A stretch of DNA of 59,970 nucleotides, counting the filler, from Circinaria calcarea (Eukaryota), in assembly GCA_051942165.1 (NCBI GenBank). It is 3 parts of 3 records of this genome, joined end to end, with 100 filler letters (N's around TTAATTAATTAA, not from the genome) between each part and the next. Parts side by side here need not be neighbours in the genome. Positions count along the whole stretch, not along the records: positions 20,143 to 40,025 come from JAVECS010000188.1; 2 more parts are not named here. One strand, 5' to 3'. The notes under the pieces are model-generated. The model saw nothing but the letters and a program-made list of their open reading frames with translations, was not told the origin of the DNA and did not search any database. Position 1 is the first letter of the stretch, and each line of letters begins with the position of its first letter. A program made the translations under genes and the position numbers. Shown one piece after another: positions 23,101 through 35,173 of the stretch.

Positions 23101-26100
23101 CTTTGCGTGAAAATCTCACTCAACTCTTCAATGTGTGCCTGTTTAGAATTGAAAAGGGTCGCATGCTTAAATCAACACACCTGTAAAGTAATTAGTAAAG
23201 GTATTCAAGAAAAGAGGGTATCATAAACAAACCTTAGTTGCGCCTCAGGAAAGAACGTAAGCATGCCCGGCTCAGGGAGGCCAAACGCATTAACCACAAC
23301 GTTCGTGCCATGCCGGAAGCCCCAGAATCAAGCTCCTCCACATGGAAATAGCATATTTGCATGACTAACTGTAGATTAGCCAACGGAATATGTACATGTC
23401 GGCTCCTTGGTAACGCTTTTTATAAAGAATACTATGTGTCAATTATGCGATCCCATCCCTGAACTCCACCAGGACTCTCTGTTCGCGCCAGTAGCAACGC
23501 CGGGAAACTCTTGGACAACGGCCCAAAGCGAAGGCTGTTTATAGACCAACCCTACGCTTACTGCACCTGGCAATCTGGCCCACATCGACTACACTGATCG
23601 TATGACCCAGTTGAACTTGTGGTTAAAACAATAAAAGTTAAAATGGCCTCCTTCATCTAAAATGTTGCTCTAACCTAGGTCACTTATCCACAAGATCAAG
23701 TATTCGCAATACCGCCAGTTGTGACCATCTAACCATACTGGGTTTAATTCACTTCTCCATCACGGGTCTTGAAGTCGCTGTGTGGGTGGCCTTTCTTCCA
23801 CAACGGCTTTGAAAGATAGGTTCAGACATGAATTTGGCGCAGAATGTGGCAGATATCAGACCGCAAAGTCCCGCATCTTTGAGCCAGTTCGCCAGCGAGA
23901 TATCTCCGTCTAGCTGGGAATTGGAGGTGATTTGATAGCGAGAAATGAGTTGGGTTCAATCAAGTCGCTGTTCTACAGGGATCGTAATCCATAGCAAGGG
24001 ATGATGGGGCCGCAAGCATTGCTATCTGTGGCGGATGGCGTTACATATTCGGAATTGGTCCTAGCACCAGACCTAGGAGCTCATTGGTAGCTCCTTCGTG
24101 GTTCAACTGCCTCCGAAGGGACTTAGAATTGAAGATTAACTTCGAATAAAGGAGTAGAAAAGCCCTGTGATGTAAAATATAAGAAAAACAGGCATAACAT
24201 GGTGAGATGTTGTTAGGGAACTTAAGGTTTTAACGATACCAAAAATTCCCAAATTGTAATGAGCTGCGGTAACGGTAGCTAGTAAGTTGCCTTGAACCTC
24301 CAGAACCCTGATAGAGTTAATTATTTATGCGCTGTAGGATTTATGTGTTGCTCAGCGGTGTTCCTCACGGCTTCCGCGCCCATATTGCGTACACTTGTAC
24401 CAACCTCCATCCTGCTTGAGCGCCTCCTCGACCTTAGGAGGTTTTTCGTCGGGTTCGGCGAGTATGGAGAATAGAGGAGGGAGGCCTGCAACGGATAGAA
24501 ATCGGCACTCGTATTCCAAGGCTTGACGAGTAGCATCTTATGCAGATCTAGTGTTGATGACCGTTGTAAATGACCGTGGTACCGAAGGACAACTTCTGAA
24601 AAGACTAAAGGGCTAGTTCAAGGTTGAGGTCTCACACCGATGGGAACAGCGAAGGTATGCTCTTTATCATCTGTTAGACCGGAACTTTATACCATACACC
24701 CATCGCTACATACATATCTCTAATAAGAGCTCGCAGAGTTTCTGCCTCTGTTACTCACAGCGGACGCGGCCAAGTTCGTTTCAAGCAATACATTCCAGGG
24801 CCCGGTTTCGCAATATGCTGACATGATCCATCACAGCCTCCTTGGAAGAGGCTTTACCTACTCCCCTTAGCTTAGTCCCTGTTGGACGATATCGCAACTG
24901 TCAAGCCAGTTGCGGGGCTGTGAGTGTGGGATAACTCTGGTGACTGAGAGGATGCGAGAATAGAGTTTGGGAAGAACACCTCCATGACACTGGTCCTAAC
25001 GTATATAAGAGATGCTTATGTGGATGCCTGCAGGTCTATGAGCCAGTATTTTGTAGATAGGTGTAGCGTTAGCTCGAGATACTGGTCCTTGTATGCCTTT
25101 TCGACATAGCAGGCAGCAAGAGACACGGCAATCCAATATCAGCGGTGTTCGGGTCCAAAGTGGGCAGCTCGGGCTGTTAGGAAATTAATCGAGGCCAGAA
25201 GTCGCTTGTCGAATTGGCTTGTCGTTATCTCGTGCAGCCGTTCTGTCCTTTTAAGCTCAAGGCCGCTACTTCTTGACATGTACTTCTGCTCCTTTGACTC
25301 GAGGACAAGAGAACGACTGTCACGTTCGAGCTGGCCCAGAGATAGTCGAGGCTACAGGTGGATCGAAGTACAGAGGTCCAGAGTAGATGATTGTTAAGGG
25401 CAGCAGTGCAAAAGAGAAACGGTGCGCAACAACGAACACGACGAGGTATTGTGACGCATCATTTCGGCTCCCTGGGAGCTCATCAGCCAGGAATGGATAC
25501 TATGGTAGTTTCGGCCCCACGAGCCGTAGGACCAGCTGACCTTTACACTATACCTATTTCACACTAGATCGGCCCGGAAGCGCTGGAGTAGAGTCATGGC
25601 TTCTGCGCTAAGAAATCCAAGCCGAGCCAGCCTAACTGGCCTTCGACCACATACTAAAGCTCTACCAGAACAACGCCACACACACCTGGTTCACTAACCT
25701 ACCACAGTGGCCGGCAGAGAAACGGGGTGTGTACTTTTAGCCCGGAACAGGACTAGTAAGCTGGGGAGTAGCTGGCGTCACGGCCAGCAAAGCATCAGGA
25801 CCAAAACTCGGTTCTGATATCTTTCGCCAACTATCGGGAACGCTATCAAGTCGTCCCTTTGGTTGTTTCTTCAGTACTGCGTGGGCTGGAAAAGCGCCCA
25901 GACAGCTCAGTGCCGGTTGCGGCGGATCATTGGCTTAGAACTAAAGGGAATTCAGAATAACTTCTCAGTTGGAAGATTCGAGACCAGATCTCCCGTAGTT
26001 CTCGTGGTCGCATGCGACCCTCAACCGAGGGAACCATTCATTCCCGACGACTGAGGATCTTGTTAGGCTGGATGAGGGCCTGGATGGATGCACCATAACC

Positions 26101-27262
26101 TCATTTAGTAATGCTTGACCACAGGTTGAGTCCTTTGGATACTGTGTCCCAATCACTTGAAGTTCCTTGGTCGCCACGGTCTTGAGCGCATGGTGCCTGT
26201 CTAGACGTCTTCGGGCTGAAACACACCTTTCGAAGTCGGTATGGATTACATCTTCCATCAGTTGGTATAACGCGCACGCGTGACTCCCCGTCCAACGATA
26301 GCTGGGAGTAATTCAAAAGACCGGGTCTCCATCCTGCTTTTGTCTCTCTGGTAGCTTACCGTGCTGGTAGTCATCATCATGGCGGACAGTTTGCAATACT
26401 TTCTTAAACTATACCGTCCGTTGTCCCTCCAGCATGCCTAAAGCCCCTTAGAAGATCTCCCGGATTCAGCGCCCTCGATATATGGAATGATGTACGACGC
26501 ATGTCTTATCAATCGGACGGACAGAAAATGAGTTAATAGGGGTTTAGTAGGAAGCATCAGGTATGACTTTGCGGGTGAGGTCAATACCTCCGTCAACGCA
26601 GAAGAAGATCGATCCTAGTCTGCAGCATTCCATTCTTATCTATACTGAATGGTTGCCTCCTCAGCTCTAATCAACACTGTCATAATTCACTCTCTTATTA
26701 GCCGATTGATAGGTAGCTCCCCAGTCAGTCGAAGATCCAAAATGGCTAGGTCTTTCAACTATGCCTACCATTGCCGTAGTCGGTTTCTCTACTCGTTTAC
26801 GAAGGTTTCAACCACGCTACAGCGTAGTAGCATAGTCTGCTAGGGAATAGCAAAGTATCTGAGTGAAGCAAAGAGATCGCGTTGTTAATCCCCTCTATCA
26901 CCAAAGCCAAACTTGCTCTGTCGAGTCTGGATAGCGGCAATGAGAAAGCCTATGTTGTCACCGCCGAGACCACTGCTGAAGAAGGCCGACCTGCAATACG
27001 GCTTCTCAAATGGTACCGGATATCGAGAGCCAAACCCTGTGTTGTCATCAGAGATCGTCTTTGGCTCTTTTCTGCTGCCATTCACGGTCCCACTTCCCTC
27101 CTGCAGACCGTTGTTGATCTCGAGGCATAAGCGACATGCTAATTTAATATCTCCTCTCCGAGCTGGGATTGATCAAAAGCTCAGTGCATCACCAAACTGC
27201 AAGCTAAGAACGAACACCCTTCTTATCAACCTCTGCAAAGAGAGCGCCCGTCTGGACCCTCA

Positions 27263-28344
27263 GAGATGTTCATGTCAGGCGGTGGTATGATGGCCTAGTT
27301 TCCAATGTATGAAGTTACAGCTGACACGATGAAGATAACAACGAGGATGCTGATCATCACTTCATAGTATTCTCTGCAAATCTCCCCAAGGAGGCGCGTC
27401 AACTCGCCAAGGAGTACGTAGCAAATGACCACGAAGATGCTTTGTGTGCCACAGAACTGCACTCACTCAACTATAATATATGCTAACTTTTAACGGCGAA
27501 TATCAGCCACGCACCCCAAAGATGCCATTCCGAGCTCCCACGCACCCTATCGTATCAGCCACGCACCCCCTAACCCCTTATTACTTTCACGCACCCCCCC
27601 TTTTATCACCGACGCACCCTTTCGATTATTCCTGCCGCCGGAATCTCTAGAGTCTCCGGATCGCTTAGGCGGGCGAGAAAGCAGTCGGGTAGACAAGAAC
27701 AGAGGAGTTAAGGCATTAACTTAACCAAAATATAAAGCGGCGGAGGAAGTAGAGGCAGCTAGCTCGAATATAAAATACGCGATGGATATTAATTCGCGTC
27801 GGATTATTTATTTTCCGAGGAATCTATATTACCGAGGGTGCGTGGGAGTAAATTTTAGAGGTTCACGTATATAATTTACTATGGAGGGGTGCGTGGCTGA
27901 TACGATAGGGTGCGTGGGAGCTCGGAATGGCATCTTTGGGGTGCGTGGCTGATATTCGCCGAACTTTTAAACAGACATGCTTTCAAATCTGGCATAGATT
28001 CGATCCTTGTTGCCACTGGTGTTTCTGCTCATGGACTTGACGTTAAGAATTCAGGCATGTCATCAACTTCGACCACCCGAATACCTCGCATGCTGGTATC
28101 GACGAGTGTGTACATTGTATCGGACCTACTGCACGTATTGGCAATGAATGACGGTGTTGCAACGTCTTTTTATAACGACCGTAATTCAGACATAGCTGAA
28201 GGCTTGGTCAAAGTCCTTCTTGAGTGTAACCAGGTAAGACCCGACCCCTTGGAGAAGCATAAGCCCGAAGAAGAAGCGGGCCTGGAATTCAACGACGACA
28301 CCGATACCGACAACAAAGGGGAGGGAGACGATACGGTGAGTTGA
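27263..28344 (+). pseudogene. Fragment of a Ded1/Vasa-like DEAD-box RNA helicase, internally deleted and frameshifted
   Basis: Reconstructed pieces: MSGG|DNNEDADHHFIVFSANLPKEARQLAKEY (degenerate motif III SAT), EDAL|HAFKSGIDSILVATGVSAHGLDVKN (motif V), HVINFDHP..IDECVHCIGPTARIGNE (degenerate motif VI HRIGRTxR), ATSFYNDRN. Motifs I and II were not seen. Confidence 0.85.
27494..27961. mobile_element. Mutator (MULE)-type MITE, 468 bp
   Basis: Perfect 76-bp TIRs (27494-27569, 27886-27961) starting cggcgaatatcagccacgcacccc. Exact 9-bp TSD aacttttaa (27485-27493, 27962-27970). Repeated acgcaccc motifs inside the ends. Confidence 0.93.
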
Positions 28345-29274
28345 GGTTGCAGCTTCTGGTGCTCTTTGGAAAATGATGAAGACACAGTGAGTGAGCTAAG
28401 TAGTGTGGAGGCCGAAGACCCAAGGGATGCTAGCTTTGGCAAGCGTATCACCACTCCATTGAATGTTAGTAACGCTGGGCCGTCGACTCATTCGGGAACT
28501 AAGCGCTAGGCCACGCCTCCAAAATCTGAAGGTCCATCAAGTGCCAAGAAGGAGTTCCGAACTACTTCGAACGCTGCTCAGGCCGATGACATATGTGACG
28601 ATTCTCATTGTTCTGCCGATAAGGATATGCGCTTACAAATTCCTGAGCCATCTGAGCGTAAGAAGCGAAGCCGAGCGATGAAACCATGATGCTACTTACT
28701 AGCATCCTTGTTTAACTGCTGCTTGGTCTTTGTATAATCGCGTCAATATGGGACCGTCTTCAGGATAGTCGGACGGTGGTTGTCGAATTTTATGTGTGCG
28801 TGGTAAGATCTCGGAGTCCAAATTTGTTGATGTGAATGTCGAAGTGACATAACGGTTCTATCCAGGTTTGAACCACTACCTTATGTTGTGTCTTGATTTC
28901 TGCACTCTGCCTGTAATCGTCTTCTCTCCAGAAGCTGGCAGTCCTGAGTGATGCGCTGAGCACTCACTGGACATTGCCATACTTTCCTTAATCATTCTTG
29001 GGTGTTGGGGTGTGGGGAATTTTAGCATACACACGCTTAGCCGGCCAAGGGGTTCTTGGCCTTATGGGTGTTGAAACTTTCCCTTTCCCCCTTGGTGCAG
29101 TTGCACCCTTCGCCCTCGGGAGGCGGTTACCGTCTTTCGCCCTGTATTTCCAACCTCTTCCTCCGCATTTTCTTCTGAACTCTGTGCGCGTTCAAGACAT
29201 GGCTTGGTGGGGCCTGCGTCACCGAAAGAGCGGTGGCTTAGGAAGAAAAATACTAATACGAAGAAATGGCAAAG

Positions 29275-29811
29275 AGTGCCAGTGCCAGTCTCAATGCCAG
29301 TGCCAGTACCAGTGTCACTGCCAGTTTTAGTGCCAGTGCCAGTGCCAGTGCCAGTCTCAATGCCAGTGCCAGTACCAGTGTCACTGCCAGTGTCACTGCC
29401 AGTGTCACTGCCAGTGTCACTGCCAGTTTTAGTGCCAGTGCCAGTCTCAATGCCAGTGCCAGTACCAGTGTCACTGCCAGTGTCACTGCCAGTGCCAGTG
29501 CCAGTGCCAGTCTCAATGCCAGTGTCACTGCCAGTGCCAGTGCCAGTGCCAGTCTCAATGCCAGTGCCAGTACCAGTGTCACTGCCAGTGTCACTGCCAG
29601 TGTCACTGCCAGTTTTAGTGCCAGTACCAGTGTCACTGCCAGTGTCACTGCCAGTGCCAGTGCCAGTGCCAGTGCCAGTGCCAGTCTCAATGCCAGTGCC
29701 AGTACCAGTGTCACTGCCAGTTTTAGTGCCAGTGCCAGTGCCAGTGCCAGTGCCAGTGCCAGTCTCAATGCCAGTGCCAGTGCCAGTGCCAGTGCCAGTG
29801 CCAGTGCCAGT
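29275..29811. repeat. Hexamer satellite (AGTGCC)n, ~89 units, with recurring variant units
   Basis: Uninterrupted 6-nt phase. Variants agtctc-aatgcc, agtgtc-actgcc, agtacc and agtttt recur in higher-order blocks. Confidence 0.97.
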
Positions 29812-30613
29812 ACTTAAGTGCCTCATTACAGTGCTTCCAGTTGTTATGAAGCATAAAACCGCCGAGTTGAATGATATGGTCCTCAAATCCGTCACCGAGG
29901 TTTGTGAAAGCTGTTTGCCTTGCCTTCTGCCGATGAATGGCTTTGGTTTGAAGACGGTCATGGAGAGCAGCGGTTGATACTCTTCCATTCTACACCTAAG
30001 CTTCAATCCCATGATTTCCGCCGTTCCAGGATTTTGCTGACGCCTGATAGGATCTAATTACTTCGCTATCGCCCCGTACCTTCTCAGCTCCACTAGACTC
30101 GCCCTCACCACCTTCAATTTAGCAGTCTACGCCAGACGGACAAAATTCGTCTGGCTTTTTAACTAGTGCCACAAGTATACGTTTTAACTCTATATCCTCG
30201 ACAACATCGGTATCGAGTTCCCCAACTGTGTCGAGTTCCCGCCGAACATGCCGAGGCCTCTGGAAGTTCAATATATAACGCTCATCCTTTCTATTAGTAC
30301 CCCCTTATTCACTGCCCTGTCCGGTAATAACGAATACTCGCTCATAACGATGGGTTCGAATCCCAATAGCGCTACTTTTTTGGTAATCTGGTGGTTTCCC
30401 CTTCCTGTTTTTTTTGGCGCAGGCCTCGCCGGGATTAGGCACTGCACATGATCGTCGTCAAAGCATCCCAGGACCGCACGGTCCGGGCAGATCGGCAGAG
30501 CCACGGCGATCAGCTTCAGACGGGGTCCTCAGCGCAAGGTGAGTGGTTCTTGGGGAGGTTTGCGTAGGCTGCCTCGTTGTGGGACGTGCATCCCTTGCCA
30601 CAGGATTACTTAG

Positions 30614-31186
30614 ATGTGCCCTTCGGCGCCAGAGAAGGCCAGTCCTCTAGTCAATCGGTCACCCTCGACAAGTTTTTCCAAACTCGAGACAGACTTCGGC
30701 TTTCCGGATATCTTGCTTATGCATGCTCATGACTTGATTCGTCAAGGCCCTTGCCCACGAGATATGCTTGAAGTAGCTAATCCAAGACCATCGTCCTTCT
30801 ATTCCGCTTACAGGCCGTGGATCCTACGGAATTTGACCACTCGCGAGTTTGTTACCGCACAGGCCATTGCGCTGAAGCCAGAATACATTCGAGGTCCATT
30901 TATCCAGGGACTAGGGTTTGGCGAAGTGATCCTTTCTCGAATCTATCGGTCAAATGGCCATTTCGTCCCAGTGACCGAAAGAGGGGGCTACTGTCGAGAC
31001 GTCTGGGCTGGACATAGGCTGGATATTGTGCCGTTCGATTCCCTTAATGATAACGGCTCCTGGAAGGACGTCAGCAATGAGGTGGCGAAGGAGATTGCAA
31101 AGATTTGGAAGAGCGAGTATGGGGAAGGCTGGCGCAATGAGGTGGTCTCGCAGAAATCGCAATCGGTACATCGTTGTCCAGAGTAA
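30614..31186 (+). CDS. C-terminal part of a conserved fungal hypothetical protein; probably 5'-truncated or a pseudogene
   Basis: Recognisable blocks WILRNLTTREFV..AIALKPEYIRGP..LGFGEVILSRI, VWAGHRLDI and WKDVSNEV. No convincing upstream exon was found. Confidence 0.6.
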   Translation: MCPSAPEKASPLVNRSPSTSFSKLETDFGFPDILLMHAHDLIRQGPCPRDMLEVANPRPSSFYSAYRPWILRNLTTREFVTAQAIALKPEYIRGPFIQGLGFGEVILSRIYRSNGHFVPVTERGGYCRDVWAGHRLDIVPFDSLNDNGSWKDVSNEVAKEIAKIWKSEYGEGWRNEVVSQKSQSVHRCPE

Positions 31187-31410
31187 GATGTCGATACATT
31201 ATCATATAGAAACTGGGTTGCCTACCTTGAGTGTTCTCCTTCTCTATTCTGCTCTAGGCATTTGTGGTTATAATACAGTGACTGGTCATGGAACCAAAGC
31301 ACTCAGTCATTATGGAAATCTTGTATAATACTAAGTGAAGTACAGACTCGAACTCATTGTCCCTATGGACTTATTTCTCCGTTACTCTTCCATGTCCACC
31401 TCGCCGTTTC

Positions 31411-33762
31411 TTAAGCAATAGCATCATCAAATGCTTTGAGGATAGGCCCATATAAGAGCTCTTGGTCTGTTGGAGTTCCTGTAAACAACTCTCCATCTTT
31501 GACAGGAAATAAGATACCCCGCACAGCATTGCAAAGGGACTTGACTTGATCAAACCGTGGCGGGAACTCCCTCAAGATACGCCCAAAGCCCTTGATCTCA
31601 CCTTTATTCATATGCCCAAGCTTGTTGTTGGCAATGTCCTCGAAGGTACCGGAATACCAGTTTGTCAAAGCGCTATCCTTCGGTGGACCATGTTCCCATT
31701 CACGACGAGCGCAGAGCCAAAGTAGCACGTAGAAGAAAGACTCGAGGTCGTGTCGATATGTGTGGGCATAACCAAGTAGCACCTCAATTGCCATGAACTC
31801 CATTGTGCCTGTCCGGTGCCGTGCACCGCTGGGTCCACTGCCAACCTCCTTGGCAAGGTCTAGATCAATCAGCATGCCTCTGAAGCCATCGGCCTCCTTT
31901 GGATCGGTGATGATGATGTTGTTATCTGATATATCCCTGTGCAGGATATGCCCGTCAATGTACAGGGATCGATGTGCTTTGATGGCGTCGCGAAGAGCCT
32001 CTAGAAGCTCTGTGATCGTTTTAAATTGGCTGATTGCCCGACCTGCCGGCGAGATCACCAAGCAACGGAGAATTCGGTTATCAAATGGACCATCAGATTC
32101 GGCGAATAAACTCGTTGGCTGGGCCTCTTCCACGCCATACGTTACTTGGCTCTCCTGCTTAGAAAATGATTTCTGGCTGTTCGACCTCGATTTCTTCGAC
32201 AACCTTCCTCCAGCGTCAACGGACTTTCGCTTCCTCTGAGGCTCTTCGATGATACTGAGCCCACGGAATTGGGTGAATGATTGAGAGAGGTGCTGTTGCG
32301 ACTGTGAAAAGGAAGAGGCGGCGCTTGGCGTAGCGTTTCGAAAAGAATATGATTTACCGAAGGTCAACCCATTGCGTATCTCCGCAATGCTTGCAATTGT
32401 AAAATGGCCCACCAACTGGACGACTCCCTTTACCCCTTTCTGACGAGCCAATCTGAGTAGGTCCGCTTCCGGTCGCCGCTTGCCAGATGTCCAAGAAAAC
32501 TTGACAACATATTTCAGATCCGTGGAACGATGGCAGCTTGTTCCTCGACACACAATCGACCGTTGTATGACGATCGGCTTCTGCTCCAGATGAATTCCCT
32601 TGTCCTTGCCAGACACATCTTCGGGAATACTAATGAATCGGTTTCCTTCATTCCGCTCGATGAACGTGTCCAGGCCCAGCTCTTCGTTGTTCATCATAAC
32701 GTACCCCGCAATGGCTCGAATGAATTTCTCAGGTTCTTTATGGATATCGAACTTGCCTGAGCTGTAGGGACCAGAACGATCGAAAACCCAGAGTTCCATG
32801 GTATTTCTAAGGAGTGTGAATCCATGAATGAACCGACGAGTTGGCTGAGCAGCGAAAACAGTCCGCATATATCTTCCAAGCTGAAGCATCTTTGCTTGAT
32901 CTTTGCTATCGCTTTCACTGAGTTCGCCAACCACTGCAACATCCCTCCAATCGTGTTCGTCTCTCATCTTATGCTTAGGCTTGATAAAAATATCGACCTG
33001 ACCTTGAGTGTCGGAGCCGGCAAGAGCTTTGTCGGCACTTGAGCAGTAAAAGCCTTGTTCATCCGATAGAAAATCCTCTTGAAGACGAAGCCACCATTTG
33101 AGAACAGCATCCTGCACCGCCGGATTGGGGAAGTCTGTCCATTTGCCATCCACATATCGAACCTTCACCGCGTCATAAACCTGCTCCGTACGCTCCGTCC
33201 AGTGTTTTCCCTCAAAGTACTTTGTGAAGAATCCGTCAACATCTCGATAGGTGCAGTCCTTGATCTCCTCTAGGACCCTTGCCTCCACTTTGTCTCTAAG
33301 TTGTTCATTCCCTTGCAGCGACGAGGACGAATGTCTGACAGGTGTGCCCTTGAACGAAGGAGGGATACTTGCGGGAGGGGTTAATCGGAAGACAGTGACA
33401 ATAAGGTTGAAGACGGCGACCCAAATCTCGACGTCCGACGCTTCATGGATGACGACTCGTACAAGTGCACGATAATGTTCGTAGTTGAAATCGCCCTTCT
33501 GCACGCGTTGACGAAGGTTAAGCAAGTCAGACGCAACATCGCCATTTCCAATTCCCGAGTTCAGATGGATGGCCACTTCTGATGATTCCAAAGCGCCAAG
33601 GAGTCTCAGTGCTGTCTTCTGAGCACCTTGAACGAATTTGTCGTCGTCGGCTGCTGTATAGGATGTTTCCGCTTCTCTAAGTGCATCTCGCAGGTGGTCT
33701 AGGGAGTTGTCCAAAGGGTGCTCTGCTATGATGATGCGATCGGTTTCCAAAAGGCTGGCCAT
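31411..33762 (-). CDS. FunK1-family fungal protein kinase (Pkinase_fungal)
   Basis: 783-aa intronless ORF. Motifs QPTRRFIHGFTL, FDRSG, IVCRGT, VVKFSW, catalytic loop ILHRDISDNNI, LIDLDLA, RTGTMEFMA, HTYRHDLESFFYV. Confidence 0.93.
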   Translation of the reverse strand: MASLLETDRIIIAEHPLDNSLDHLRDALREAETSYTAADDDKFVQGAQKTALRLLGALESSEVAIHLNSGIGNGDVASDLLNLRQRVQKGDFNYEHYRALVRVVIHEASDVEIWVAVFNLIVTVFRLTPPASIPPSFKGTPVRHSSSSLQGNEQLRDKVEARVLEEIKDCTYRDVDGFFTKYFEGKHWTERTEQVYDAVKVRYVDGKWTDFPNPAVQDAVLKWWLRLQEDFLSDEQGFYCSSADKALAGSDTQGQVDIFIKPKHKMRDEHDWRDVAVVGELSESDSKDQAKMLQLGRYMRTVFAAQPTRRFIHGFTLLRNTMELWVFDRSGPYSSGKFDIHKEPEKFIRAIAGYVMMNNEELGLDTFIERNEGNRFISIPEDVSGKDKGIHLEQKPIVIQRSIVCRGTSCHRSTDLKYVVKFSWTSGKRRPEADLLRLARQKGVKGVVQLVGHFTIASIAEIRNGLTFGKSYSFRNATPSAASSFSQSQQHLSQSFTQFRGLSIIEEPQRKRKSVDAGGRLSKKSRSNSQKSFSKQESQVTYGVEEAQPTSLFAESDGPFDNRILRCLVISPAGRAISQFKTITELLEALRDAIKAHRSLYIDGHILHRDISDNNIIITDPKEADGFRGMLIDLDLAKEVGSGPSGARHRTGTMEFMAIEVLLGYAHTYRHDLESFFYVLLWLCARREWEHGPPKDSALTNWYSGTFEDIANNKLGHMNKGEIKGFGRILREFPPRFDQVKSLCNAVRGILFPVKDGELFTGTPTDQELLYGPILKAFDDAIA

Positions 33763-35173
33763 CTCAAAACCAGAAGGCGCCAGAGGCGATCATGTCATGA
33801 ATTTAGGACCTTACCGCAAGAACATGAGCCAAAACTGTCAATGAAGGGTTTCTCTTATAGTAGGGGTATAACGAGTTGTAGTTATGAACTTGTTGGTAGA
33901 GGATAAGGGAGGCGGAAAAGTAGCGGGCGCGTTAATGGTGATGACAAAATAAACTGAAGGGTTGCGGAGTGCTTTATTCTATTGGCTTCTAATCGGGGTA
34001 AGGTTTATCCGAAGTTATAGTGGCATGAATGAACCTTCGTGCAATATTGAAATTTTTTAATTTTTTTCGAAAATCTCTTTTCGACTTTACGCACGCTAAC
34101 TTCTATGGTATCCACCATAATATTTATTATAGCAGCAGCGATAACACATATAATTAAACAAATAATTTAAAATTATAATATTATAAAAATAAATTTTTAT
34201 AATTTTTACAGTTGCATATAGTACGGTGAGTGCTGCTACACGACCTACTGGTGGAACCATTATTGCATTGAAGGTTATGTAACTAGTTACGCTCTGCTGG
34301 CAGAAATATTCTCTGCCACTATTACGCTAAGCCCCATTGGGTGCTATGACTGTAGTCATGGCAGTTAGTTATTAGAAATGCACCGTATTTCAACTTTTAT
34401 TATAATTATTCACTCGTAAATTGGATTTGCGATTGAGAAGCCAAAGCTGGAAGAGGCAATAAGCAGGATCGACTGTGCCTTGGCCGAGTAAAGCCATGGC
34501 TACAATATCTGGTTTCTCATAGGAACAACTACGAAGAAGAAAGTGGCTCGGTCGAACAAGTGACGCAGTGAGCCGGACTGTATAGCCAGGCCCAACTGTA
34601 AAGTACGGGGCTTTTGACTGCAACAATCTTAAATTGTGCTATTAGAATAAATTTGCCGTGTGTGCTGGTTTGCGTGAACTGTTGGACTAGCTTTGGAAAT
34701 ATAAGGTTCATCTCTGAGCGCGGAAGAACTATTTGAAGTTTTTAATAGAATCGCTCGTCTGGAACAGTCTATGATGAACTTGGAGCATGATAGCTCCCAC
34801 CGCAACGAGTATAGAAGCCAGTCCAATACATAAAGCTGCAGCAAAAAACACCGTGGCCAGGCCACAGCGTCTGTAAGCCACCGAGCCCTACAGGTGCAAG
34901 CAAGCTTCCCAAGACTTCATCATAGTCAAGGCAGCTACAGCTTGGGGTGCATACGAGGAAGCAAATAAGGTTACGAAATAGCTCTTGATAAATGAAATGG
35001 TTGCGAAGTCAAGTGCACAGAGCGCCACAGTACTGTAAATCTGCCAAGCCTTGGTTGCGAGAGCGAACAGCGTAATTGATAGAGCCTGTATCAGGAGAGA
35101 AAAGGTGGCAAGTACAGCATCAGTCGAGCCCGAATTTCTAAGTAGTAGGGAGCCGGGCACTTTGACCAAAATA

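Noticed and set aside
27910..28344. 144-aa ORF as a standalone gene
   Set aside because: It is a chimera: the start lies in the MITE right TIR and the rest moves in and out of the helicase pseudogene frame.
29204..29977. PV-, SA- and LA-repeat ORFs as separate genes
   Set aside because: Overlapping stop-free frames follow automatically from the AGTGCC hexamer; there is no independent coding evidence.
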